Positions 47,049 through 56,142 of a stretch of DNA of 64,000 nucleotides are shown here, piece by piece. The position numbers were made by a program, and so were the translations under genes. Origin of the DNA: Alphaproteobacteria bacterium (GTDB lineage Bacteria > Pseudomonadota > Alphaproteobacteria > SPJN01); the NCBI GenBank assembly GCA_049609145.1, contig JBMYYF010000002.1:444466-508465 (forward strand), given 5' to 3'. Below the pieces are notes generated by a model. It searched no databases. It was not told the origin of the DNA and worked only from the letters and a program-made list of their open reading frames with translations. The first letter of the stretch is position 1; each line of letters begins with the position of its first letter.

Positions 47049-48500
47049 ATGACCGATGCAACGATAGAAACACCGCCGCTGACGCGGGCAGACCGCCATT
47101 GGTTTGGCCTTGGGCAATTTGCGGAAGGCATGAAGAATGAAGGCTTCAGCCTATTGTTGCTGTTCTTCTATACGCAGGTGACGGGCCTCTCCGGCTCGTT
47201 GGCGGGGTTAGCATTGCTGATAGCTTTGCTGTTCGATGCGGTGACCGACCCCTTGGTGGGGGTGTTGTCTGATCGCACAAAAAGCAAGCTGGGCCGCCGC
47301 CACCCTTGGATATTTGCTTCCATCATTCCCTTGGTGGTGACTTACTACTTTACCTTCAATCCGCCTGCGGGCTTGGGGCAAGGCGGTTTGTTTGCATGGT
47401 TGCTCACCTTCGTGGTGCTGACCCGTGCAAGCATGACATTGTTTCACGTGCCTCATCTTTCGCTGGGGGCAGAACTTTCCGCGATATATGAGGAACGCAC
47501 GGCGGTCGTCACCACCCGCATGTTGCACAGCCGTATTGGCGGTGCTGTGGGCACGGTTGCGGCCTTTGGTTACTTCATGGCCCCAACGGAAGCCTACCCG
47601 ACAGGACAGCTAAATCCGGCAGCTTATCCCGGTTATGCGGTGTTTGCGGTGGTGCTGATGGGCATCACCTTGTTTGCCAGCGGCTGGTTTACTTTGCGGC
47701 GCGTGCCCTATTTGGTAAAAGCTGATGAGGCACAGACAGACCCGCACCCTTTTCGGGCCATGTATCAAGGATTGCTGGATGGCATGCGGCGGCAGAGCTT
47801 TCGCTCGCTCTTTTTGGGCAATCTGCTTTCCTTCGTGGCGTGGGGCACGGCAGGCGCGCTGGGCATTGCGCTCGGTACCTATTTTTGGCGTGGCGATGCG
47901 CAAGATTTGATGATTTGGGGCATTTTTGCGGGCACCGGCGTGTTCGTTGGCCTGGGCTTTTGGCAGCGCTATGCTTTGACGCATGACAAGCGCACAACTT
48001 TTATGCGCGGCCTGTTGGTTTTTCTGCTGTTCACAGCGCCGCCACCGGTTTTGAAGTTGATCGGCTTTTGGCCTGAATGGGGCACATCGCTTTATATGCC
48101 TGCATTTTGGGTGACCGTTGGTTTTCTGGCGCATTTCGGGATTGCCGCCACCATGGTGACAGGCGGGTCGATGATGGCCGATGTAATCGATGAGGATGAG
48201 CTGGAGACAGGCCGCAGGCGCGAAGGCATCTATTTCGGCACTATATCCTTCGTGGCGAAGGCAGCGGCAGGCGTAGGCTCACTTATTGCCGGGGTCACCC
48301 TGGAACTTTCAGGGCTAACCCCTGAGATGACGCCCGCCACCGTGCCGCCGGAAACTGAACAAGCGCTGGGGCTGGCCCTTGCCTTTGTGATGGTGTTTTT
48401 GGTGGGTGGTTCTGTCGGTTTGTTCAGTAAGTACAATCTAAGCCGCGAAAGACTGGCGGACATTCAGACACAATTGAACGCCCGCGCCGCAGCGGAGTGA
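47049..48500 (+). CDS. MFS-type transporter of the glycoside-pentoside-hexuronide (GPH) cation symporter family
   Basis: 483 aa with ~12 TM segments. It has a GPH-like N-terminus (GLGQFAEGMKNEGFSLLLLFFYTQVTGLS ... DAVTDPLVGVLSDRTKSKLGRRHPW). Confidence 0.78.
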   Translation: MTDATIETPPLTRADRHWFGLGQFAEGMKNEGFSLLLLFFYTQVTGLSGSLAGLALLIALLFDAVTDPLVGVLSDRTKSKLGRRHPWIFASIIPLVVTYYFTFNPPAGLGQGGLFAWLLTFVVLTRASMTLFHVPHLSLGAELSAIYEERTAVVTTRMLHSRIGGAVGTVAAFGYFMAPTEAYPTGQLNPAAYPGYAVFAVVLMGITLFASGWFTLRRVPYLVKADEAQTDPHPFRAMYQGLLDGMRRQSFRSLFLGNLLSFVAWGTAGALGIALGTYFWRGDAQDLMIWGIFAGTGVFVGLGFWQRYALTHDKRTTFMRGLLVFLLFTAPPPVLKLIGFWPEWGTSLYMPAFWVTVGFLAHFGIAATMVTGGSMMADVIDEDELETGRRREGIYFGTISFVAKAAAGVGSLIAGVTLELSGLTPEMTPATVPPETEQALGLALAFVMVFLVGGSVGLFSKYNLSRERLADIQTQLNARAAAE

Positions 48501-49790
48501 CTATTCCCCAAACACACGCTTGAACACGGTGTCTACCTGCGCGGTGTGGTAGCCCAGATCAAACAGGTCTTCCAGTTCCTGATCTGAGAGTACAACCTCG
48601 TCATCGGCCTTCAACAGTGCGAGGAAATCAGCGCCATCATGCCAAACCGGCATGGCGTTGCGCTGTACAAGGCGGTAGCTGTCTTCCCGGCTGCACCCTT
48701 TTTGGGTGAGCGCAAGCAGCACCCGCTGTGAGAACACCAAACCGCCCAAGGCGTTCAGGTTTTTCATCATGTTTTCAGGATAAACCACCAGCTTTTCGAT
48801 CACGCCTGCCAAGCGGTGCAATGCGAAGTCCAGTGTCACCGTCGCATCTGGACCGATGCCGCGTTCCACGGATGAGTGGGAGATATCGCGCTCATGCCAA
48901 AGAGCCACATTTTCCATGGCAGGCACCACAGCCATGCGAACCAACCGGGCAAGGCCGGTGAGATTTTCCGTCAAAATCGGGTTGCGTTTGTGGGGCATGG
49001 CAGATGAGCCCTTTTGCCCGGCGGAGAAATATTCTTCTGCTTCCAAAACTTCGGAGCGTTGCAGGTGGCGGATTTCGACAGCCACACGCTCGATGGAACT
49101 GGCGACCACACCCAGTGTTGCAAAGAACATGGCGTGGCGATCACGCGGGATCACTTGGGTTGAAATCGGCTCAGGTGTCAGTCCCATGGATTTTGCTACA
49201 TGTTCTTCTACCGAGGGATCAATATTGGCGAAGGTGCCCACCGCGCCGGAGATCGCGCAGGTGGCAATATCTTCGCGCGCAGCCTCAAGCCGCTTGCGGT
49301 TGCGCTGGAATTCCGCATGGAAGCTGGCAAGTTTCAGACCGAAAGTTACAGGCTCGGCGTGAATACCGTGGGAACGACCAATGGTGACGGTATCTTTGTG
49401 TTCATAGGCGCGGGTTTTAAGTGCGGCCAGCACGCGATCAATGCCTTCAAGTAGCAGATCAGCCGCGCGCGCCAATTGCACGTTCAGGCAGGTGTCCAGC
49501 ACGTCAGAGCTGGTCATGCCCTGATGCACGAAGCGGGCTTCATCACCCACATTTTCTGCCAGATTGGTCAAGAAGGCGATCACGTCATGCTTAACTTCGC
49601 GCTCAATCTCATCAATGCGTTCGACATCGAATTTGCCGCGTTCCCAAACCGCGGCGGCAACCCCTTTGGGGATGACGTTCAGTTCTTCCAGCCGTTCAGC
49701 GGCGTAGGCCTCAATCTCCATCCAGATTTGGAATTTGCTTTCCGGTTCCCAGATTTGGGTCATTTCGGGGCGGGAATAACGAGGGATCAT
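48501..49790 (-). CDS. purB: adenylosuccinate lyase
   Basis: The track ORF extends to 49853; ATG 49790 gives the canonical MIPRYSRPEMTQIWEPESKF. The fumarate-lyase signature SSAMPHKRNP is present. Confidence 0.94.
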   Translation of the reverse strand: MIPRYSRPEMTQIWEPESKFQIWMEIEAYAAERLEELNVIPKGVAAAVWERGKFDVERIDEIEREVKHDVIAFLTNLAENVGDEARFVHQGMTSSDVLDTCLNVQLARAADLLLEGIDRVLAALKTRAYEHKDTVTIGRSHGIHAEPVTFGLKLASFHAEFQRNRKRLEAAREDIATCAISGAVGTFANIDPSVEEHVAKSMGLTPEPISTQVIPRDRHAMFFATLGVVASSIERVAVEIRHLQRSEVLEAEEYFSAGQKGSSAMPHKRNPILTENLTGLARLVRMAVVPAMENVALWHERDISHSSVERGIGPDATVTLDFALHRLAGVIEKLVVYPENMMKNLNALGGLVFSQRVLLALTQKGCSREDSYRLVQRNAMPVWHDGADFLALLKADDEVVLSDQELEDLFDLGYHTAQVDTVFKRVFGE

Positions 49791-49862
49791 GCGGGCCTCT
49801 TGGCGCTGGAGATTGAAAATATGCCCGTGGGCTACACCCCTTTTAAGGTCCATGCAATATGG

Positions 49863-50459
49863 CTATTTGGCCCAACCGGGAGAACGCAGATGCGCCACCC
49901 GCGTTTCATTCCCCAGCAAGCACACCTCGCGGAATTGGTAGAGCAGCGCGGCGGTCGGCGCATGGATTTGTCGATTGCCGAAATGAAACCGGATAAGAAG
50001 CCCATCGTCATCTGCCAGTTCAAATGCCTTGTTGTGCGCCAGCATATTGAGTGGGATGGCGTGAATGGCGGCAACTTCCGCCGGGGCGGGGGTCATTTTC
50101 GGCAATTGGCCCGCCCAGTAGACAAAGGGCGTGATCGCGAAGCCGGAACGGGCCTCATAGTCATCCAGTCGGCCCAGTAGGGCGGATTCGGGTAGATCCA
50201 ACCCAATTTCTTCGGCCATTTCGCGCCGCGCAGCCTGTTCCTGCGTTTCGCCTTCATCCAGCTTGCCGCCGGGCAAGGCCCACTGGCCTGCATGAGCGTT
50301 CATTCTTGGCGCGCGCTTGGTGATGACAAGCTGTCCCTCGTCATGCTCATCGGCATAGAAAGCAAGCGCGACAGAGGCACGGCGCAGGCTTGGTTCCTCG
50401 GTTGCGTGCGGAGCGAACGTCGCCAGACGGGCCGCGATTGTTGAGCTTAGATTTTCCAC
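49863..50459 (-). CDS. NUDIX hydrolase (CoA-pyrophosphatase-like); start uncertain
   Basis: The Nudix box is GGKLDEGETQEQAARREMAEEIGL. The first ~60 residues of the track ORF (to 50642) come from AT-rich sequence that looks non-coding. There is no internal ATG before the domain. GTG 50459 (VENLSSTIAARL) is my best guess. Confidence 0.65.
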   Translation of the reverse strand: MENLSSTIAARLATFAPHATEEPSLRRASVALAFYADEHDEGQLVITKRAPRMNAHAGQWALPGGKLDEGETQEQAARREMAEEIGLDLPESALLGRLDDYEARSGFAITPFVYWAGQLPKMTPAPAEVAAIHAIPLNMLAHNKAFELADDDGLLIRFHFGNRQIHAPTAALLYQFREVCLLGNETRVAHLRSPGWAK

Positions 50460-50730
50460 GTGATCCTGACAGGGTTGGGTAGATTTGGTTAGCCGAAGTT
50501 TGATCGTAATCTTGCCTGCGATGCAACAAGACTTGTCTTGCCTCAATATCCCGGTGGCAGGTGCTTTATGCGGATTTAGGAGTAAACCATAAAATTTTGA
50601 GCCAGCGGCACGAAATTGGAGGAAATTTTGTAAAATTATCATGCAAACAAGGCGAATATTACAGATTTCATTTGCGCGCCCAGCGCTCGGCGTCTTAATC
50701 TTTTGCTAATTATAAAGCTGGGAGTGGAAA

Positions 50731-53700
50731 ATGAGCATGAATCGCATCGTATTGGGCTTGAGCGGAGCTCTGCTGGGCACAACTGCGTTAACAACCGCCT
50801 TGCTGGGAACTTTGACAACCGGGGCACAGGCCGCAGATGTTGAAACGGATTCTGCCTTGGCTGCGGCAACCGTGGTCTTTGATCTTGCCGTAAACGAAAA
50901 AGTTGGCACCGCGCAAACCAATGGAGCAGATATCGTTGGGTTGATTACGGGGTCTACCGTTGATGTGACCGTTGTTGGCGCATATGCCGGAGACGCGATT
51001 GCCAGCAACAGCGCTATCAGCGTTGACAGTGCCGGTAATGTTGCCGATTTCTCCATCGCGGGCGGTGCCCCCGGCGCGCGTCGTGCCATTGGATCGGGCC
51101 AGCTTAACACCGAAGATGTTACCAGCACGTTGACCGGGGCCTTTACAGGCGTGAGCGTGACCGGCTCAATCATTGATCCGGCGACGGTGACGGTAGAAGG
51201 CAATCTGCAACAGGTTGTCTCCACCGTGAACGACAGCGCGGTGAACATTGCCGCCAGCGGGGCCTTTAGCGGCACACTGGATGCACCGGCCACGGATTTG
51301 ACCGGCAACGCCGCAGACGCGACCGGAGAGATCGCAGCAGCCATTTCCCAGCATTCGATTGATACCGCTCCCCCCAGCTTAATTGATACGCGCGCCACCT
51401 TGGGCGGGCTTGCTGCGACAGAAGTCAATATGATCGGGCTGGAGCTTGGGGCGGCTACCCCGATGAGCAATCCGGCCGGGGCCACGATCAGCGGCAATAC
51501 GGGCCAAGCCATTGCGCAAGGCAACGTTGCAAGCCTGACCGCGACAGAGGCTGTGAACGGCACGGATATTGATGTGGCGCTGGCCACAAATCAAACCGTG
51601 GATAGTTTAGCGGTCGTGCACGCCGAAGGGTTTCAAAACCGCGTGGGTATTCATGGTGCGGCCGGTGCCAATGTTGATGGGACGGGCGGCACCGTTAACA
51701 TCGCGATCTCGGATAACAGCACAAATCTGGTTTCAGCCGTGAACACGGCCACGCATAATGTCACCGCCGGTCCGGGGGATGCCGCCAGTCAGGTCGTGTC
51801 TGATATTGCGCAGGCAGGCGGTGTGGGTGATGCGCGCTTTCGCGATACCAGCCATGGGGTTGAACTGGAAGATGGTGCCATCACCGGGGCTAATATTACC
51901 ATCAGCGGCTCTACCCTTGCCGGGCAGGCAACAAATAATGACGCCACCCAGAACCTGACTTTGACCGGTGGCGTCGTGGCGGGCACCGTAGCCACCACCA
52001 CGACCCAAAACACCGGGGCAGGCGACATAGTGCAAGTCTTGCCTGCGATCGGCGAGATGCGCATTGGGGTGCGCACCGGCGGCAATGCGATCACCTCCAC
52101 CGATCTTACCATTAGCGGCAATGCCATTACCGGCACGGCAATAGGCAATCGCGCCACTGATAATCTGGCGGACATCACCGGCAATATTACCGCTGGCGTG
52201 GGCCAAACCATCACCCAAGGGTCCGATGGCGCGGCGGTGCAGGCCTTGGTGAATGATGATGGTGATGACATTGTGATCGGTATTGATGATGCGACTGAGT
52301 TTAACGACGGCAATTTGCTGATCAGCAATAACAATATTGGGGCAAGTGCCACAGGCAACGCCGCTGTGCAAAACCGCGGTGATCTGACCGGGGCAATCTC
52401 TGCCACAGTCAGCCAAAATGTTGCACAAACCAGCGATAATATCACCTCTATGCGCGCCGCTGTATCAGACGCGGTATTTGGGCCGGATGGCACGAGCGAC
52501 ACAAATCTGGCGCGGAACACCGGGGATGTGGATTTTACCGTCAGCGGCAATGCGGTGACAGCACAGGCAGATGTAAATGCCGTTAGCCGCACTTTGGGCA
52601 CAGTAACCGGCACAGTGACCGGGGCGGATGTTGTGGCGAGCACAACACAGGCCAACGACACAATTGGCGGGGCCGCTGTGGCCGCCCAACTTTCCGGCCT
52701 TTCCTTCGGGGTGGGGTCTGACGGCGGCAATGGCGGCCTCTTCGGTGATTTTGGCAGCAACAGCACCGATGTGACCATCACAAACAACAGTGCCACCGCA
52801 GCGATGCGGGGCAATGTAGCGATCACCACGTCTGAACCTGTTTTGGGCGGCTTGGCAGATTTTGCCACCGGCGGGGCTGATGGCGGCTCCATCACCGTGC
52901 TGGAAGATCAAAACAATACGGCTACCACATTGTTGGCGGAGGTTTCCGACGGGGTTGCCACCCATGGGGTGGCGATCGGCATTATTGGTCAAACGGGCTT
53001 CCTCGGCCCCCGCGAAGACCACAGTATTATCATCAGCGGCAATCAGGTGGGCACGCAGGTGGAGGGCAATGTGGCCGCCACGGCTTTGGGCAGCATTACG
53101 GGCACCTTTACAGATGGCGGTGTTGCTAATTTTGAAGGGGTGGGCGCGCGCCACCGCCAGTCCAATGGTGGAGACAACAGCTTTAGCGCCCAAACTTCTG
53201 ATGTTGCTATTGGCGGCACAGGATCACATTTTCTACTCGGATTGAATTTTGGCCAAGTCTCAACCATGCTGGTGGAAGGCAATGATATTTCTGCCAGCGC
53301 CACAGCGAACAATTCGCAGATCAGCCTTGCCGGTTTTACCGGCACGTTAAGTGATAATTACGCTATTGGCCGCCCGCAAATTACGCCGGATGGGGATATT
53401 GCGCCTAATACCACGCTGGCGCAAACCACGGCCAGCAGTTCGATCAGCGCCAGCACCGCCAACAGTTCCGTCGGTATCCATGATATTGAGGTCGTATCCG
53501 GGGGTGGGCGGTCAGATATTACAGTGGGTGGCAATACGATAAGCGCGCTGGCCACTGGCAATGCCGCGCGCTACAACTTTGGGGCCTTTAACGGCACGCT
53601 GAGCGGCGGGGCCGATCACATATTCGGCGCTTATCAGGCCAATTCAAACGTTGATGTGCTGGCCACCTTGAACCCGGTAGCGACAGACAGCCTGCGTATT

Positions 53701-55800
53701 GGTATCAATAATTTAAGCAGTCGATTTGCGGATCTTGGTCCAGCGACGGCGACGATTCAGGGCAATACAGCCTTGGCGCAGGCGATCAGCAATACAAACG
53801 CCTTACGGCTGGACAGCTTTACCGGCAATGCCAGTGGCGCAGGCACAGAGGCGCTGTTCTTCCGGTCCGTACAATGGACCAATGACACCTTCGGCGCGTC
53901 CACCGTGATCGCCAGGGCAGATCAACTAACCCTCGGCGTTAATGATGTGGGCGGTATGGGGAATAATATCAACGCTAATGCCGAGATAGTGGTGACGGAT
54001 AATGTGTTCGGCGCCGTGTCTTTGATGAATGTCAGTGATCAATCTGTGGGGGCCATTACCGCTGCCACGATTGAGGATGGCGCGCGGATTTATCTGGGCA
54101 CAGAACACATGGAATGGGCACCCGTTACACCCATTACAGGCACGGCCAGCCTGGCCAACAGTCGTTTGGGCGTGATTAATGTGGGGGACATTGGAAGTTT
54201 TTTCTCCTCTTCTGCACAAATTACGATCAGTGACAATGTCGCCCGGGCCTCGGCCTTTGGGGGCTCCGTCTCTTTGATTGTGGAAGAATTTAATGGCACC
54301 TTGGCCTCCACCGGGCCTGCGGGGTCAGCCGGTATTCATCTCAATCATTTTAATGATGCAATTACGGCGCGGTTCAACGCCACGATCAACAATGTGCAAA
54401 TTGGCGTTGGGGCAGGTAATGTTGCTGCACCAGAAAATACGAGTGCCAATTTTGCCATTACGGGTAATCAGGTGTTGGCGACGGCAGGTGGGGATACGGC
54501 GACACTGGGCCTGTTCACCAATGGCTTTACGGGCACCTTGTCCGGTTCTGCCTTGTTTGAGGTGGAACAGCGCTTTATCGGGGCCTCTCAATCCAACGCG
54601 ACGATTCAGAACACAACGACAGGCCTTGCTTCTGGGGGGAGCGTGGCCGCTGGCAGCGGCAGCGTTGTCAATCTGACCGTGGCGGGCAACAGCCATGTGG
54701 CCACTGCCGGGGCAAATGATGCCACACTCATTCTGGGCGATATTACGGGCACCTTGTCTGGCTCAATCTCGCTTGACACAACCGTGCGCAACCAATTGCA
54801 AAGCCACGCCCCAACAGCCATCACCTCTCAAGTGATCGATAGCGGTATCGGCTTTTCCGCAGGCGCGTTGGCGCAAGGGGCCGGGGCAAGCCTTGGGGTT
54901 GTCGTGACCAATAACCGGCAAGCGGCCACTGTTACCGTCAACAATATGGCGATTGCCGCCGGGGCGATTGTGGGCGGTGTTTCCGGCTCTATCACCTTGC
55001 GGGATGAACAACGGGTTTCCGGTGACAGCACCGCGACAATCAATAATGTCGATACAGGGATGCGCATTGTTGGCTTGGTCGGGACTAACGACGTTCGACC
55101 TACGCTTAATGTTTCTGGCAATATCACGCAGGCGGCTTTGACAGCGAACCGATCCGTCACCCGCGTGGAAGAATTGGTGATGGCAGGTCAAGGCAATGTA
55201 AGCTTGGGTGCCACGCAAAATATGGTGCCGGATGGTAGCGGTGATCCAGATATCTCAGCGGTGGTCACCAATAGTGTGGAAACCGGGATTGATATTTTCA
55301 CGCCCGCCGGAGGGACGCTCAATGTGGATGGTATTGTCGCCAACAATAACACATCGGCTGATGTTGCGGGCAATGTTGCCATCAGCGCCGTGCTGGATTT
55401 GGGCGGTGTTCTTTCAGCACCCGGCTCCGTATTGGTGGAAGATGTGCAAACCATAAGCGCAGGCACCATCGGGTCGTCAGTTAGCGGGGCTTATACTCAA
55501 ATTGACCTGACGGCAGGTACCATTATCGGCTCTGCCATTTTGAACGAAAACAGGATTGGCAGCTCCGCCGTGGGGAACGCCCAGATGGCTGATATCGCCA
55601 CATCAGGTCTTGCCGTTGGCGGCATAATCGGCATTGGCGGCACCCAAAGCAACGCGGCACCTGTCAGTTCTTCGGTCACAGGTTCAGCGATCGGGGTTGA
55701 AGGCAATACAAGCGTATCCATGACCAATACCAGCATTGTGCGTGGTGGCGGGATCACATCGCAGGCTATTGGCAACAGCGCCGTTGGTTCCATTCGCTGA
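50731..55800 (+). CDS. giant (1,689 aa) secreted beta-strand/beta-helix-like repeat protein, paralogue 1; family not recognised
   Basis: GGGAGTGG lies upstream, and the Sec signal peptide is MSMNRIVLGLSGALLGTTALTTALLGTLTTGAQA/AD. It has on the order of 20 repeats of ~70-80 aa with the core [IV]-x-[GN]-N-x-h-x-A-x-A-x-G-N-x-A-x(3)-h-x-x-h-T-G-T. The composition is G/A/T/N/S/V-rich. By eye there is no Cys and only one Lys. Confidence 0.85.
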   Translation: MSMNRIVLGLSGALLGTTALTTALLGTLTTGAQAADVETDSALAAATVVFDLAVNEKVGTAQTNGADIVGLITGSTVDVTVVGAYAGDAIASNSAISVDSAGNVADFSIAGGAPGARRAIGSGQLNTEDVTSTLTGAFTGVSVTGSIIDPATVTVEGNLQQVVSTVNDSAVNIAASGAFSGTLDAPATDLTGNAADATGEIAAAISQHSIDTAPPSLIDTRATLGGLAATEVNMIGLELGAATPMSNPAGATISGNTGQAIAQGNVASLTATEAVNGTDIDVALATNQTVDSLAVVHAEGFQNRVGIHGAAGANVDGTGGTVNIAISDNSTNLVSAVNTATHNVTAGPGDAASQVVSDIAQAGGVGDARFRDTSHGVELEDGAITGANITISGSTLAGQATNNDATQNLTLTGGVVAGTVATTTTQNTGAGDIVQVLPAIGEMRIGVRTGGNAITSTDLTISGNAITGTAIGNRATDNLADITGNITAGVGQTITQGSDGAAVQALVNDDGDDIVIGIDDATEFNDGNLLISNNNIGASATGNAAVQNRGDLTGAISATVSQNVAQTSDNITSMRAAVSDAVFGPDGTSDTNLARNTGDVDFTVSGNAVTAQADVNAVSRTLGTVTGTVTGADVVASTTQANDTIGGAAVAAQLSGLSFGVGSDGGNGGLFGDFGSNSTDVTITNNSATAAMRGNVAITTSEPVLGGLADFATGGADGGSITVLEDQNNTATTLLAEVSDGVATHGVAIGIIGQTGFLGPREDHSIIISGNQVGTQVEGNVAATALGSITGTFTDGGVANFEGVGARHRQSNGGDNSFSAQTSDVAIGGTGSHFLLGLNFGQVSTMLVEGNDISASATANNSQISLAGFTGTLSDNYAIGRPQITPDGDIAPNTTLAQTTASSSISASTANSSVGIHDIEVVSGGGRSDITVGGNTISALATGNAARYNFGAFNGTLSGGADHIFGAYQANSNVDVLATLNPVATDSLRIGINNLSSRFADLGPATATIQGNTALAQAISNTNALRLDSFTGNASGAGTEALFFRSVQWTNDTFGASTVIARADQLTLGVNDVGGMGNNINANAEIVVTDNVFGAVSLMNVSDQSVGAITAATIEDGARIYLGTEHMEWAPVTPITGTASLANSRLGVINVGDIGSFFSSSAQITISDNVARASAFGGSVSLIVEEFNGTLASTGPAGSAGIHLNHFNDAITARFNATINNVQIGVGAGNVAAPENTSANFAITGNQVLATAGGDTATLGLFTNGFTGTLSGSALFEVEQRFIGASQSNATIQNTTTGLASGGSVAAGSGSVVNLTVAGNSHVATAGANDATLILGDITGTLSGSISLDTTVRNQLQSHAPTAITSQVIDSGIGFSAGALAQGAGASLGVVVTNNRQAATVTVNNMAIAAGAIVGGVSGSITLRDEQRVSGDSTATINNVDTGMRIVGLVGTNDVRPTLNVSGNITQAALTANRSVTRVEELVMAGQGNVSLGATQNMVPDGSGDPDISAVVTNSVETGIDIFTPAGGTLNVDGIVANNNTSADVAGNVAISAVLDLGGVLSAPGSVLVEDVQTISAGTIGSSVSGAYTQIDLTAGTIIGSAILNENRIGSSAVGNAQMADIATSGLAVGGIIGIGGTQSNAAPVSSSVTGSAIGVEGNTSVSMTNTSIVRGGGITSQAIGNSAVGSIR

Positions 55801-55823
55801 TTGGGCTCGCATCGCCAACACTT

Positions 55824-55863
55824 AAAGGCGCGTCTTCTTGAAGTAGGGAGGCGCGCTTTTTTT
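55824..55863 (+). terminator. hairpin terminator after paralogue 1 (sequence-conserved with 61155..61193)
   Basis: AAAGGCGCG-loop-CGCGCTTTTTTT within the conserved module AACACTTAAAGGCG[C/T]GTCTTCT...AGGCGCGC. Confidence 0.55.
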
Positions 55864-56142
55864 GTTGCCCCAAGTGCGCCGAGACTTCTGCATCCTTCTT
55901 GGCTTTGAACGCGGATGAAGCTGTAAAGCGTGTCTGAAGGGTGATCTTGGTGGGTTTCAGGCAAAAAACCGGCATATTCTGGACAGAAACCCGCAATTTT
56001 CTTGCCAGCCGCCCTCAAATAGATGAAAATTTCCGTGAGTTTAAGGGTTGGTTTTGAGGTTGGCGATTTTTTGGTCGTGCGATCCCTCTGTCTATACCAA
56101 GGCCTAAACATGTCGCGTAACGCACAAACATTCGGGGTGGCT

